Source: Takakia lepidozioides
Lineage: Eukaryota; Plantae; Bryophyta
Reading direction: 5' to 3'
DNA: 64,000 nucleotides
Assembly: GCA_030704615.1 (NCBI GenBank)
Contig: CM060732.1
Span: 9,610,001-9,674,000 of the forward strand
The number at the start of each line of letters is the position of its first letter. Position 1 is the first letter of the stretch. A program made the translations under genes and the position numbers. Below are positions 23,751-35,655 of the stretch, in pieces. The notes below the pieces were generated by a model. It worked only from the letters and a program-made list of their open reading frames with translations. It was not told the DNA's origin and searched no databases.

Positions 23751-24277
23751 CCGAATCAGAGGAATCTGCCACAGGAATATCCGTACTCTTTTGCATTTCC
23801 CTTATAGTATCTGCCACTTCCTTGTGCAGTTCCTTCTCATCCTTCCAAGTCTCTTCATCTTCAGGCATATCATTGCCACTTCCAGTCTCATCTTCTTCCT
23901 CTTCTACTGGAGGTATTAGTTTGGCTTTACTTCTTGTTACTATCATTGTACTTACTTCTGGTACAACACATGGCCTAACCATGTGAGCTGCCACCACTGG
24001 GCCCTCATTCACAGGAGCTCTCATCTCATTCTGGTGTCTTATCCAGAATGAACAGGCTGCCTTGCGATGTCCTGGCTGATTACAATAGTAACATAGCTCT
24101 TCACCATTGGGTCCTCGCCCTTGGTCTGGTCTTGGATTATTTCTATAATCCTGATTCCCGGGCTGGTAATTCCCCCTTGGATTACCCTGATAGTTGCCTC
24201 TGGAATTTCCTTGGTAATTCCCTCTTGAATTACCTCTCCCTTCCATGCCATTGTTATAGCCACCAGACCTACCATAG
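23728..24277 (-). pseudogene. gag: gag C-terminal part with zinc knuckle
   Basis: CYYCNQPGHRKAAC. Continues at 32318 across the insertion. Confidence 0.88.
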
Positions 24278-24724
24278 GAGGTTTGCTATTTCATGAGCAT
24301 GAGCGGCATGAGCGGCATGAGCAGAGTAGTAACACAATCGGTTTTCATGAGCAGAAGTACAAATTTCGAAAATAAAAAACAATAAAAAACAATAATTTAA
24401 TGCAATGTGTCAGGAAAAACAAATATATTAATCGGCCCCTTGAAGGGAAAATTGCATTTTTGACAGTTGTGCTCATGATATTTCGTCTTCCGCTCATGCC
24501 AATTCCCAGCGACATGTGCAAATATGGCGCCGAATTTCGCGGTAATAGGGTCCGTAACCTGAAAAACGGCGACGTATTTCGCGGTAATAGGTTTCTCTGG
24601 CGAAAAATGGGAACGAATTCCGCGGCTATAGGTCCCCTCATGACAGGTAATTCAGCGCCATTTTTCCAGTGCATGTTCGGACTTAGCCAGTTCGGACTTA
24701 GCATGTTCAGACGTGCAACTCACC

Positions 24725-26805
24725 TCCCGCATATAGTCGCCGAACTGGAGGAAACGATAATGCCACCATGCTAGCCAACTGACCATTGCTCCTCGTCTGA
24801 TTTCCTTACAACACCTGACGATGTCCACCAAGCCCGTATCATGCAAACTGTGTCTCTGCATCATCCAAGGTAGGAGCGCGCTTCCACGCAAGGCACATGG
24901 AACGGTGCTCCTCTCTGAAATCTGGCGGCCACGAGCCTGGTTGTGTACTGCGAAAGGCTTTGCAGAAAATGAACCCACAAGATCTCTCCTTGCCTTCCAT
25001 GGGAACATTGGGGTCTTGGCCCATACACCCTTCGGATGGCAGCCCAATTTGCTTGTGCGTTGTCTGCCATGAAACCACGAAATTCGGAGGGGCAATCCCG
25101 CCTTGGCCATCTGTTCGTTTATTCCCGCCAAAGAAGCAATCTCCGATTGTGTGTCCTCTCCTTTCATCTCACAAATAGCAATTGTCATTAGCATCCTGCA
25201 GTGGGTGTCGTAGACATGTGCACCCTTGTCACCCACTGGTGATTTGTAATTCACTTGATATGGTCGAACATGACCAAACTGTTACAAGTTCCTACTCCTA
25301 CCGTCATCTGTCAACCTTCGACGCCGCTGCCCAGGTCCACACGTGGACATGTTGAATACGAAACAACGATCTGCCTCAGTCCATTGTCCTGGAAACCTAC
25401 TTCCATGAATGTAGTCATATCCACATCGTCGCTTCACCTCCAGAATGGAGTGCATATCCGAGCCACGCCCAATTTTCTGTTTGCATGAGACAATGTGGTT
25501 TCGGACATTCGGTGAACATACGTGGGACACCGACTCCAGCAATGCCTCCATTTCCTTCTCGTCGAGAGGAACTCTATCGGAGCCGTCTTCCGACATAATT
25601 CTGGCCAATGCCATCTTATGGGCGGCTTGGAGCTGTATCTGTTTGGGTTTGGCACCCGATCTCAACTTAACCTCCTCCTGAACGAGCTGCTCTGCTTCGT
25701 GGGCAGCCTCCCGCGAGTTCCCCCTCGCCAATTTGTGACAATGGGAACCAACGTGTATGCAAGCTGGTGTGAGGTCAGGGAAACGGTGCAACACATAGAA
25801 CTGCTTGGCATTACAAACAGACATGCAGTGTGGTGGTTCTTTGCAATGCGCACACTTAAATGTGGAGTTCGGAACCTTCTCCTGAGCTCGAAATGGTTGA
25901 TGAGCTGTGCCTGTCCAATCGGTCTCGTTCCTGTGACCTCTGGATTTAAAGTGGAAGCAAGTTGGGGAGAACACCGCAACGCGCCCGCACAAACAACGTA
26001 GCGCACCCGCACACCATCGAGCATCTTCATGCTGGTGGTTTTGGTAACGCACCAAGGATGACCGTCATGTTTTCTATCCATATCTGTCAACATTCCGGAC
26101 GCCCTCGAGTAGTCCGCCCGAGGAGGGAACTCAAAGAAGATATTACCGTCGACGTCGGCGGGAAGGCATGTAACCGATTTAATTGCGAACTTGCTGTAGT
26201 CCAGCCCGGCCAGCTCCGACCGGTGTCCCTCCAGGTGAAGCCCTCGCAGAATTTCAAGAATAGATCGAACTGCGGTGCTCGTGCTGGGAATATGACTCCC
26301 TCCTCCACTGACGTCCATTGAGGACTTGCCTGATCTCCAGGACGACCTCGGAACTTCCATGACCTCGTCTGAGTCGGACAGGTTGTGAACAACCCGGTTC
26401 TGGCTCGTCTTCATGGATGGGTTCGGCTCTGGATTTACTTCGTTGCGGACTTCTCTCTTGAGGTAGCCACTCTCTGATTCGCGGATTGTTTCGTGGAAGG
26501 CGCCAGGATAGAAGGTGCATTTGGCGGGCAAATGAAGTCCCCAACAGCCCTGTATATGACGCTGTCCAATGGTGGAACTCGCCATTCCCTGCCATCGCCG
26601 AAATCATCGTGGAGCACAACAATACTGTCGACAACAAGGCCGTTAGAGTCCTTCCTTTCCTCCTCCAAAAAAAACCGACCCCGGTTTCAGGTGGTATCGA
26701 ACGCACAGATATTTCTCCATCACCCGGCAGGTCCCCTCTGCACGGAAATGAAGCTCTATGCTCGTGAGGAGGGCAGTACACTGTAGCGCTCGGGTTTTCC
26801 GCCAT
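24725..26805 (-). pseudogene. GCM-domain MULE transposase, frameshifted and 3'-truncated
   Basis: DRKHDGHPW..VVCAGALRC..CAHC..VC..HVGSHCH. Catalytic region FDHIK..HVYDTHCRMLMTIAICEM, MADNAQANWAAIRRVYG. Homologous to 59703-63297; lacks the catalytic E and SWIM. Confidence 0.85.
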
Positions 26806-27099
26806 GGGAGATGTGCACACAAGACTCCCAGGATGGAGTGCGGGAAGCTCCCTGGTAGAAGGGGGATGCAGCGATGGGAATGAATGCGATGCCGATTTGT
26901 CCGAGCGACGAAGCCTGATCCAAATCCAGGGAGCCAACTATCTCAAAAATCCACAGTCAGAGTGTTAATGAATCTTGTCTCCGGAATGCGGCCCCTGGTC
27001 TTTGCGCAATAACTGCCAACGGTATGCAGTCAGAAAGTGGGGGGCCGTCCGGATGATGACGGCTGAAGGGGAGAAGCCGGCACCGTGCCGTCACATTAC

Positions 27100-29130
27100 T
27101 ACCCCCGAATGGAAATTCGGCACCCAATATCCAACAGGGGAAGCCCGGATGAAGTCGCCTCGGGCGCAGAGGCCGGCGCGTGTGCGACAGAGAACATCCC
27201 CTGGATGGAGATTCGGCGCCGAATTTCCATCCAGCAGGTAAAGGAAGTCGTGTCGGGGGGTCAGGCCGAAAACTGGCCGGCATAAAAACATCCCCAGATG
27301 GAAAAACGGCGCCGAATTTCCATCCGGGGCGGTTCGGATGCAGTCGGGGAGGGGGGAGAGGCCGGCACTTGGCCGTCACATTTCAACCCCCGGACGGAAA
27401 TTCGGCACCGAATATCGAACAGGGGACGCCCGGATGAAGTCGCCTCGGGCGTAGAGGTCGGCACGTGTTCGACAGAGAGCATCCCTTGGATGGAGATTCG
27501 GCGCCGAATTTCCATCCGGGCCCCCCCAAGGAAGTCTTGTCGGGGTGTCAGACTGAAAACTGGCCGACATAAAAACCTCCCCAGATGGGAAAACGGCGCC
27601 GAATTTCAATCCGGGGCCATTCCAATGCGGTTGGGGAGGGGGGAGAGGTCGGCACCTGGCCGTCATATTTCAACCGCCGGACGGAAATTCGGCACCGAAT
27701 ATCCAACAGAGCGGCGGAGAGGCCGGCACCTCTCCGACAGAGACCAGCCCCCGGATGGAAATTCGGCGCCGAATTTCCACCCAGCAGGTAAGTGCAATCC
27801 CGGATGGACGGAAATCCGGCGCCGAATTTCCATCCAGCAGGTAAGTGAAATCCCGGATCGATCGAAATCCGGCGCCGCATATCCATCCTGCAGGTAATTC
27901 GAATCCCGGATGGATGGAAATTCGGCGCCGAATTTCCATCCAGCAGGTAAGTTGAATCCCGGATGGATGGAAATCCGGCGCCGAATTTCCATCCAGCAGG
28001 TAAGTTGAATCCCGGATGGATGGAAATCCGGCGCCGAATTTCCATCCAGCAGGTAAGTGAAATCCCGGATCAATCGAAATCCGGCGCCGCATATCCATCC
28101 TGCAGGTAATTCGAATCCCGGATGGATGGAAATTCGGCGCCGAATTTCCATCCAGCAGGTAAGTGAATCCGGATGGATAGAAACCGGCACCGAATTTCCA
28201 TCCAGCTGGTAAGTTCGGATCGCTGGCGTATGGATATTCGGCGCCGAATTTCCATTAGGCAGGTATTCATCGCTGAGAATTACCTTCCTGCAGGTAATTC
28301 TGATCGATGAATTACCTTCCTGCAGGTAATTCTCAGCGATGAATACCTTCCTGCAGGTAATTTTATCGACGAAGTAGGAAGGTAATTCCTCGCTCAGAAT
28401 TACCTGCAGGAAGGTAATTCTCAGCGATGAAATACCTGCAGGATGGAAATTCGGCGCCGGATTTCGATCCATCCGGGATGCCAGTAACCTGCTGATGGAA
28501 ATGCGGCGCCGAATTTCCATCATCGGGATTCGAATTACCTGCTGGACGGAAATTCGGCGCCGAATTTCCAATCATCCGGGATTCCACTTACCTGCTGGAT
28601 GGAAATCCGGCGCCGAATTTCCATCCATCTGGGATTCGAATTACCTGCAGGATGGAAATTCGGCGCCGAATTTCCATCCATCCGGGATTCGAATTACCTG
28701 CAGGATGGAAATTCGGCGCCGATTTCCATCCATCCGGGATTCGAATTACCTGCAGGATGGAATTCGGCGCCGAATTTCCATCCATCCGGGATTCGAATTA
28801 CCTGCAGGATGGAAATTCGGCGCCGAATTCCATCCATCCGGGATTCGAATTACCTGCAGGATGAAATTCGGCGCCGAATTTCCATCCATCCGGGATTCGA
28901 ATTACCTGCAGGATGGAAATTCGGCGCCGAATTTCCATCCATCCGGGATTCGAATTACCTGCAGGATGGAAATTCGGCGCCGAATTTCCATCCATCCGGG
29001 ATTCGAATTACCTGCAGGATGGAAATTCGGCGCCGAATTTCCATCCATCCGGGTTTCGAATTACCTGCAGGATGGAAATTCGGCGCCGGATTTCCATCCA
29101 TCCGGGATTCCACTTACCTGCAGGATGGAA
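27100..29130. repeat. Palindrome arrays, including a large foldback of ~52-60 bp units
   Basis: Dozens of ATGGAAATTCGGCGCCGAATTTCCAT. Unit orientation reverses around ~28350. Confidence 0.93.
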
Positions 29131-29269
29131 ATCCGGTGGGATCTCCATCCATCCGCTCTCCGACCAACTTGCGGATGGAAATCCGAAAGCGGGCATGGGT
29201 AGATTTCCATCGATTGGAATTTATAGATATTCCGGAAATCCAATGAATAATAATGCCGGATCCTCCCAC

Positions 29270-29827
29270 CTCTCTTCGAATTACCTGCATGACGGAAATT
29301 TTGCGCGCCGACCTAGCTGGAGGATGGAAATCGGCGCCGGATTTCCATCCATCCGCTCTTGAGAATTACCTGCATGACTGAAAAAATGGCGCCGAATTTC
29401 CGATTTTGGTGCAAGTCAGATCTGGGACTTAGCCATTTTCAGCCCCGAAATGGAAAAATGGCGCCAAAAAAAAAAAAAAAAAAAAAAAAAACGCCATTTT
29501 TCCATGTCGGGGCCAAAAACGGCTAAGTCCCAGATCTGACTGGCACCCAAAATCGGAAATTCGGCGCCATTTTTCCAGTCATGCAGGTAATTCCAAGAGC
29601 GGATGGATGGAAATCCGGCGCCGAATTCATCCATCCGCTCTTCGAATTACCTGCACGACGGAAAATTTGCGCGCCGACTTACCTGGTGGATGGAAATCCG
29701 GCCGGATTTCCATCCATCCGCTCTTGGAATTACCTGCATGACTGGAAAAATGGCGCCGAATTTCCGATTTTGGTGCAAGTCAGATCTGGGACTTAGCCAT
29801 TTTCGGCCCCGACATGGAAAAAATGGC

Positions 29828-29863
<36 letters not shown>

Positions 29864-30594
29864 GCGCCATTTTCCATTTCGGGGCCGAAAATGGCTAAGT
29901 CCCAGATCTGACTTGCACCAAAATCGGAAATTCGGCGCCATTTTTCCAGTCATGCAGGTAATTCCAAGAGCGGATGGATGGAAATCCGGCGCCGGATTTC
30001 CATCCACCAGGTAAGTTGGCGCGCAAAATTTCCGTCGTGCAGGTAATTCGAAGAGCGGATGGGATGAAAAATCCGGCGCCGGATTTCCATCCATCCGCTC
30101 TTCGAATTACCTGCATGATTGGAAAAATGGCGCCGAATTTCCGATTTTGGGTGCCAGTCAGATCTGGGACTTAGCCGTTTTCGGCAACGAAATGGAAAAA
30201 AATCGCCGAAAAAAAAAAAAAAAAAAAAAAAAAAGCAAAAAACAAAAAAAACGCCATTTTTCTTGTTTGGGGCCGAAAACGGCTAAGTCCCAGATCTGAC
30301 TGGCACCCAAAATCGGAAATTCGGCGCCATTTTTCCAGTCATGCAGGTAATTCCAAGAGCGGATGGATGGAAATCCGGCGCCGAATTTTCATCCATCCGC
30401 TCTTCGAATTACCTGCATGACGGAAATTTTGCTCGCCGACTTACCTGGTGGATGGAAATCCGGCGCCGGATTTCCATCCATCCGCTCTTCGAATTACCTG
30501 CATGACTGGAAAAATGGCGCCGAATTTCCGATTTTGGTGCCAGTCAGATCTGGGACTTAGCCATTTTCGGCAACGAAATGGAAAAAAGTCGCCG

Positions 30595-30627
<33 letters not shown>

Positions 30628-30969
30628 GCCATTTTTCTTGTTTGGGGCCGAAAACGGCTAAGTCCCAGATTTGACTGGCACCCAAAATCGGAAATTCGGC
30701 GCCATTTTTCCAGTAATGCAGGTAATTCGAAGAGCGGATGGATGGAAATCCGGCGCCGGATTTTCATCCATCCGCTCTTCGAATTACCTGCATGACGGAA
30801 ATTTTGCGCGCCGACCTAGCTGGCGGATGGTAATCCGGCGCCGGATTTCCATCCATCCGCTCTTCGAATTACCTGCATGACTGGAAAAATGGCGCCGAAT
30901 TTCCGATTTTGGTGCCAGTCAAATCTGGGACTTAGCCATTTTCGGCAACGAAATGGAAAAATGGCGCCG

Positions 30970-31007
<38 letters not shown>

Positions 31008-31156
31008 GCCATTTTTCCAGTTCGGGGCCGAAAACGGCTAAGTCCCAGATCTGACTGGCACCCAAAATCGGAAATTCGGCGCCATTTTTCCATTTCTGGG
31101 CCCAGTCAGATCTGGGACTTAGCCATTTTCGGGCCCGAACTGGTTAAATCGCGCCG

Positions 31157-31193
<37 letters not shown>

Positions 31194-31975
31194 GATATTT
31201 TGCAGTTCCGGGCCTGAAAACGGCTAAGTCCCAGATCTGACTGGCACCCAAAATCGGAAATTCGGCGCCATTTTTCCAGTTCTGGGCCCAGTCAGATCTG
31301 GGACTTAGCCATTTTCGGCCCCGAACAGGAAAAATGGAAGTTGAAGACTCCCACAAGCTGAAACCATACTCCACACATGCACCACTTGCTTCCTTAACAC
31401 CCGAGCTCTTCTTGAACTCCTCAAACCCTGCAACACTTGCAGAACAAGAGCTTCTTCACAAGCTCTCAAACTTTCAATGATGCTCTTCTTGAAGACCTCC
31501 TCTTGTACATAAACACCACAAGACTTTCTTCTTGCAAACCCTGCAACAGCTTGTAACTTAAGAGCTATCTATCAAGCTCTTTTCCACACACAAGTGTTAA
31601 CTATGCTAACACCTTGCACTTATAGATGTAAGCAGATCTTCTTCTAGTGATACGGAAATGGTGAAAAGAGGAGAAACCATTCTATCACGTTATATAAGTC
31701 AAGCCAATGGCACCTTTGCTAAAAGACTCCACCATACAGACCTCACCCACTCTCCATCTCAAGTACTAGAGCGACTTCAATTGGCTCAACTTTTGTTTGA
31801 CCACATGTTTTTTGAAAGCAGAGGCATAGCCAGTGGGTACTTTCAGGGCCGAAAATGGCTAAGTCCCTAGAATGGCTGGCACCAAAATCGGAAATTCGGC
31901 GCCATTTTTCCAGTTCCGGGCCAGTCAGATCTGGGACTTAGCCATTTTAGGCCCCGAACAAGTAAAATGGCACCG

Positions 31976-32009
<34 letters not shown>

Positions 32010-32135
32010 GCCATTGTTCTAGTTCGGGGCCTAAAATGGCTAAGTCCCAGATCTGACTGGCACCAAAATCGGAAATTCGGCGCCATTTTTCCAGTTCCGG
32101 GCCTAGTCAGATCTGGGACTTAGCCATTTTCGGCA
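29270..32135. repeat. Array of inverted-repeat modules centred on poly(A)/poly(T) tracts
   Basis: CAGATCTGGGACTTAGCC...A(24-37)...GGCTAAGTCCCAGATCTG. Tracts near 29466, 29829 (T), 30209, 30595, 30970, 31157 and 31976. Confidence 0.92.
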
Positions 32136-32317
32136 AGTAAATGCAATAAAATGTTGCATTTCAAGTCCACTGGTGCCACATTCCAACTTCACATGACCCT
32201 ATTTCCGTGCCTCCTAACCCTATTTCCGTGGACTTACAATGGTCTGCTCATGCTTTTTTTTTTTCCGCTCATGCTCATGCCGCTCATGCTCATGCCGCTC
32301 ATGAAATAGCAGCCCCC

Positions 32318-34037
32318 CTACCATAGTGGTCCTGATCATTGCTTCTTCTTGGCTGGGGCTGCACCTAATGCACCCTCACTTGCCTAGGTTCTCTTGCAGC
32401 TGTCCTTCTGTTGTAGTAACAATTCTCAGTAGAATGGTTATCCATTTTACAGATAGTACAGTGTTTCTCCTTCATGTGGCATTCTGTAGTGGTATGGCCT
32501 TCATTCTGGCACTTTGCACACCATACACCCTTCCTCCAATGTGTTGCAGCCTCTGTGGCATACTTCTTCAAGATTTCTTCCAATCTTTTCTCATAGTTAT
32601 CCCTCTTCAACTTTTCCTTTCTCTTACTCTTTCTTTTTAGTTCTTGCTCTTCTTCTTCATCTGACTCATCTTCAGAGTCCTCATCTTCCTTTTTCTCTCT
32701 CCTGAGCATTCCCAATTGCTCAATTCTGTTTGCAGTTTCAAATGCCTCCTCCACTGTATTATGGGGTAACATATCCACTTTCTTCTGCAACTCTGGTCTT
32801 AGTCCACTCACAAACCAAGTCTTCTGTAAACCGGGTGCTGGTACTGCAGCCAGCTTTTTCATCATCAATTCCATCTTCTCCATATACTCTTCAACAGTTT
32901 CATGCTTCTTCTGCTTCAGCTGTTGTAAACTTCCATACACTTCATCCTCAGTTTTACTTGTCCTGAACCTATTTCGAAATGCTGTATTCAAGCCATTCCA
33001 GGTTAGGAAATGATTATCAGGGAATCTTGCATACCATTCACTTGCTTTCTTGATAAGTGAACAAGGAAACAGTCTCATCTTGGCATCATCGCCATTCTCA
33101 TTGTTCACTATACACATGTGCTCAAATTGGCTAATGTGTACATCGGGATCCCCTTTTCCTGAATATATTGGAAAGGGTGGTTTTGCCCGTGTTGGTTGTA
33201 ACGCCATCTGTGGCCCTACCTTCTGCCCACTGACATGTGCTAGCACCCTTGCTGGTGCTGGTCCTTCTGGACCTGTTGTTTTTGTGGTGGATCTTCCACC
33301 AAGTGGTGGCCCTTGAGCACTCCCTGCTTCTGGCCCCACGATATTCACAGTATTCCCAGCTTCAGTTGCACTACTTCCCACACTCCCTGTCCCCCAGAGC
33401 CAGATCCAGGCAGCCCGCCTGATCCCCCTGAGCCGACACCTTCGTTGGCCCGTGATCCAAGTGCTCCACTTGATCCAGGTCCAACGGGTTGGGATGTCCT
33501 GGTTGTAGTCTCAACCTCAGCTGTTGGGTCTACTTCTTCATATTCTTCCTCTTCCAATTTCTTCTCTCTGTTTTCATCCTCCAAGTTCTGCCCTTGGGTT
33601 TCTTCTTCACTCATGTAACTCAACTGTAATGGTGTTGGAGAGTCTGAACTCTCCGTTGGCTCTGCCACATCCTCATCTCCTTCTTCATCTTCTGCTTCAG
33701 AAACTGGAGTTCCTGCTTTTGGTGTTCCATGCCAACTCTTATCAAAGATTTCTGTCAAGTCTTTTATCCAAGGATGTACCTCAGATCTTTCACCTCGTGA
33801 TTGATCTTCTTCCTGTACCAATTCCCTTAATCTTTCTTGCAAAGAAACAGAAGGAGTGGCATCCAACTCTAGTTCTTCCGGTATAGGTGATGCACTTTTT
33901 GATCTTGATGGTGTGAGAGGTCCAGATGATTCCCCTATGTCTATTCCTCTCTCCCAAAGATATGGATAATTAGCTTTCAGATAGCTTTCTCTTTTTGATG
34001 AATATCTTTGTCGTCTAGCTTCTCTTTCATCACTCAT
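32318..34037 (-). pseudogene. gag: gag N-terminal and core region
   Basis: PPFPIYSGKGDPDVHISQFE..LFPCSL..WY..W..L..AFRNRF..LKQKKHETVEEY..FVSGLRPE. Knuckles CAKCQNEGHTTTEC and CTICKMDNHSTENC. Confidence 0.92.
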
Positions 34038-34058
34038 GTCCCATGTCTTTCATTTCTT

Positions 34059-34753
34059 TTAATGTGGCAATAACCAAAACTCTCTTCTGTAATATCTCTC
34101 GTATATGCCTGGATTTCTTTCAAGCTTCAATGCACCCTTGGCTATACTTGAAGTCTCCGTTACCATATAACCATATGGCAAACAAGTCTGAAAAGCTGTT
34201 CTTGGTGTGAGTTTGATCCACAAAATATCCTTTGGAATCCAATTCTTTACCAGTACAAGCTCTTCATGCATATGAGTATAAACATTCACCTTTCTTTCTT
34301 CCCAACCTTCAAACTCTACTCGTTTAATGGATAGCAACGCTATCACATAAACTAATGTTGGTAACCAACGTGCTCTTCCTCTACAGGCTACCTGATAAAT
34401 CTTTATCACTCCTTTCTCCAGACCCCATTCTGGATCAGCATCATGCACTCGTTTAAGAATATTTTCTTTACATCCGTCTGGCAATTCCAAGAACCTTTGA
34501 AAGAATTGTTTGGACAATCTTTCTTCCTTCGTTCCACAGGGAATTTGATTCACTTCAAACTCTTTAATGGTCCAACCCCATGATCCCACCAGATGCCTGT
34601 CACATCTGGTTGTTCATGTCCCAGCTCCCCAGTATGGTCGCCAAATGTCGCGCGGCTTTTACTCACCCATCCCTTCGCTATCCGAGGCGGAAACTCCAAG
34701 ATAGAAGAGTTGGAAATCTCTAAGTACTCAGCCCGCGCAGAACAATCAGTCAT
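34059..34753 (-). pseudogene. ORF1 of copy 2 (one frameshift)
   Basis: Near-identical protein to 3317-4012. Confidence 0.75.
34626..34643 (-). promoter_or_regulatory. Primer binding site
   Basis: TCCCCAGTATGGTCGCCA on the plus strand. Confidence 0.88.
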
Positions 34754-35655
34754 GACCTACAGCTAGTGTATCATGGGGGTGTTTCCTATTTGTTTCCTTT
34801 TCCGCATTCATCTCAGCTACCTTACCATTGATAATTAAGTATCAGTTTGCTTCATCAATTTATCGGTTTCCTTAACTCCTCCATTCAATCCACAGCTTCA
34901 CTCAGATCTCTCTACACAGTGTGATTGTATCGTATAAGTATCAGATTATGATTTATCAGGTATCAGGCCGAATCCATTATGTCTCTAATCTGCTCTACAA
35001 TATCACTCTAGCTTTGCATATGACAAGCATCTACTAATCCTCTTTTCTCCTTCATCGTGCTCTCCGATCTCCGCTCCCGCCTGTCTCCGAAGTCCTCCCC
35101 GAATAATGATCCCCTTCCTATTCCCCGTTCTTCCCTTTATCCTCCTATCCGCGGTTCTAACCGTTTCCCTCTCTAACCGTCGTATGTGAACTAACATGTT
35201 CCCTTCACTGGTGTTGTTCCCCACAGTCGTTCCCTGTCCTACTCTTCGTTCCCTATTATCGTGACAGCTGTGTCAAGCGGTGACTGGCTGTGTTTGGCTG
35301 TGTCGGGCTGTGACTGGCTGTGTGGCTGTGCCGGGCTGTGACTGGCTGTGTGGGCTGTGTCTGCTGTGACGACTGTGACGGGCTGTGTGGGCTGTGTGGG
35401 CTGTGACGACTGTGACGGGTGTGTGGGCTGTGACGACTGTGACGGGCTGTGTTGGCTGTGTGGGTTGTGACGACTGTGACGGGCTGTATTGGCTGTGTGG
35501 GCTGTGACTGCTGTGTCGGCTGTGTGGGCTATGTAACCCCCCTCTACAGTGCGCTGCTGTCACCCTAAGGTTCCTGTTTGTCTCAGTCTGTGCAAAAATT
35601 AAGGGTACCCTACAGATCCCGTATAAGTGTCTAAGTCCCCTACAGTCCTCTAACA
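34646..35655 (-). repeat. 5' LTR of copy 2 (~1010 bp)
   Basis: TG...CA termini, adjacent PBS, and match to 14751-15058. Confidence 0.93.

Larger units (their letters stand above)
24278..32317. mobile_element. Mutator-like element A2 (~8.0 kb, internally deleted) inserted in gag
   Basis: TIRs GAGGTTTGCTATTTCATGAGC and GCTCATGAAATAGCAGCCCCC. 9-bp TSD CTACCATAG at 24269-24277 and 32318-32326 (7 bp if the TIR is read one base longer). The empty site is visible in copy 3 at ~54260. Confidence 0.95.
14751..35655 (-). mobile_element. Near-complete family-1 Ty3/gypsy LTR retrotransposon, copy 2 (non-chromovirus, Athila/Phygy-like), interrupted by MULE A2
   Basis: Order on the minus strand: LTR, PBS, ORF1, gag, PR, RT, RH, INT, tandem repeat, 3' ORF, PPT, LTR. 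The two LTRs are nearly identical where both are visible. Confidence 0.95.

Noticed and set aside
27085-32123. Many ORFs of the MEIRRRIS / WKFGAEFP / DGNSAPNF type (also 7862-8519, 12637-14240, 39372-40472, 45950-47553)
   Set aside because: These are translations of the palindromic repeats and appear on both strands. There is no coding evidence.
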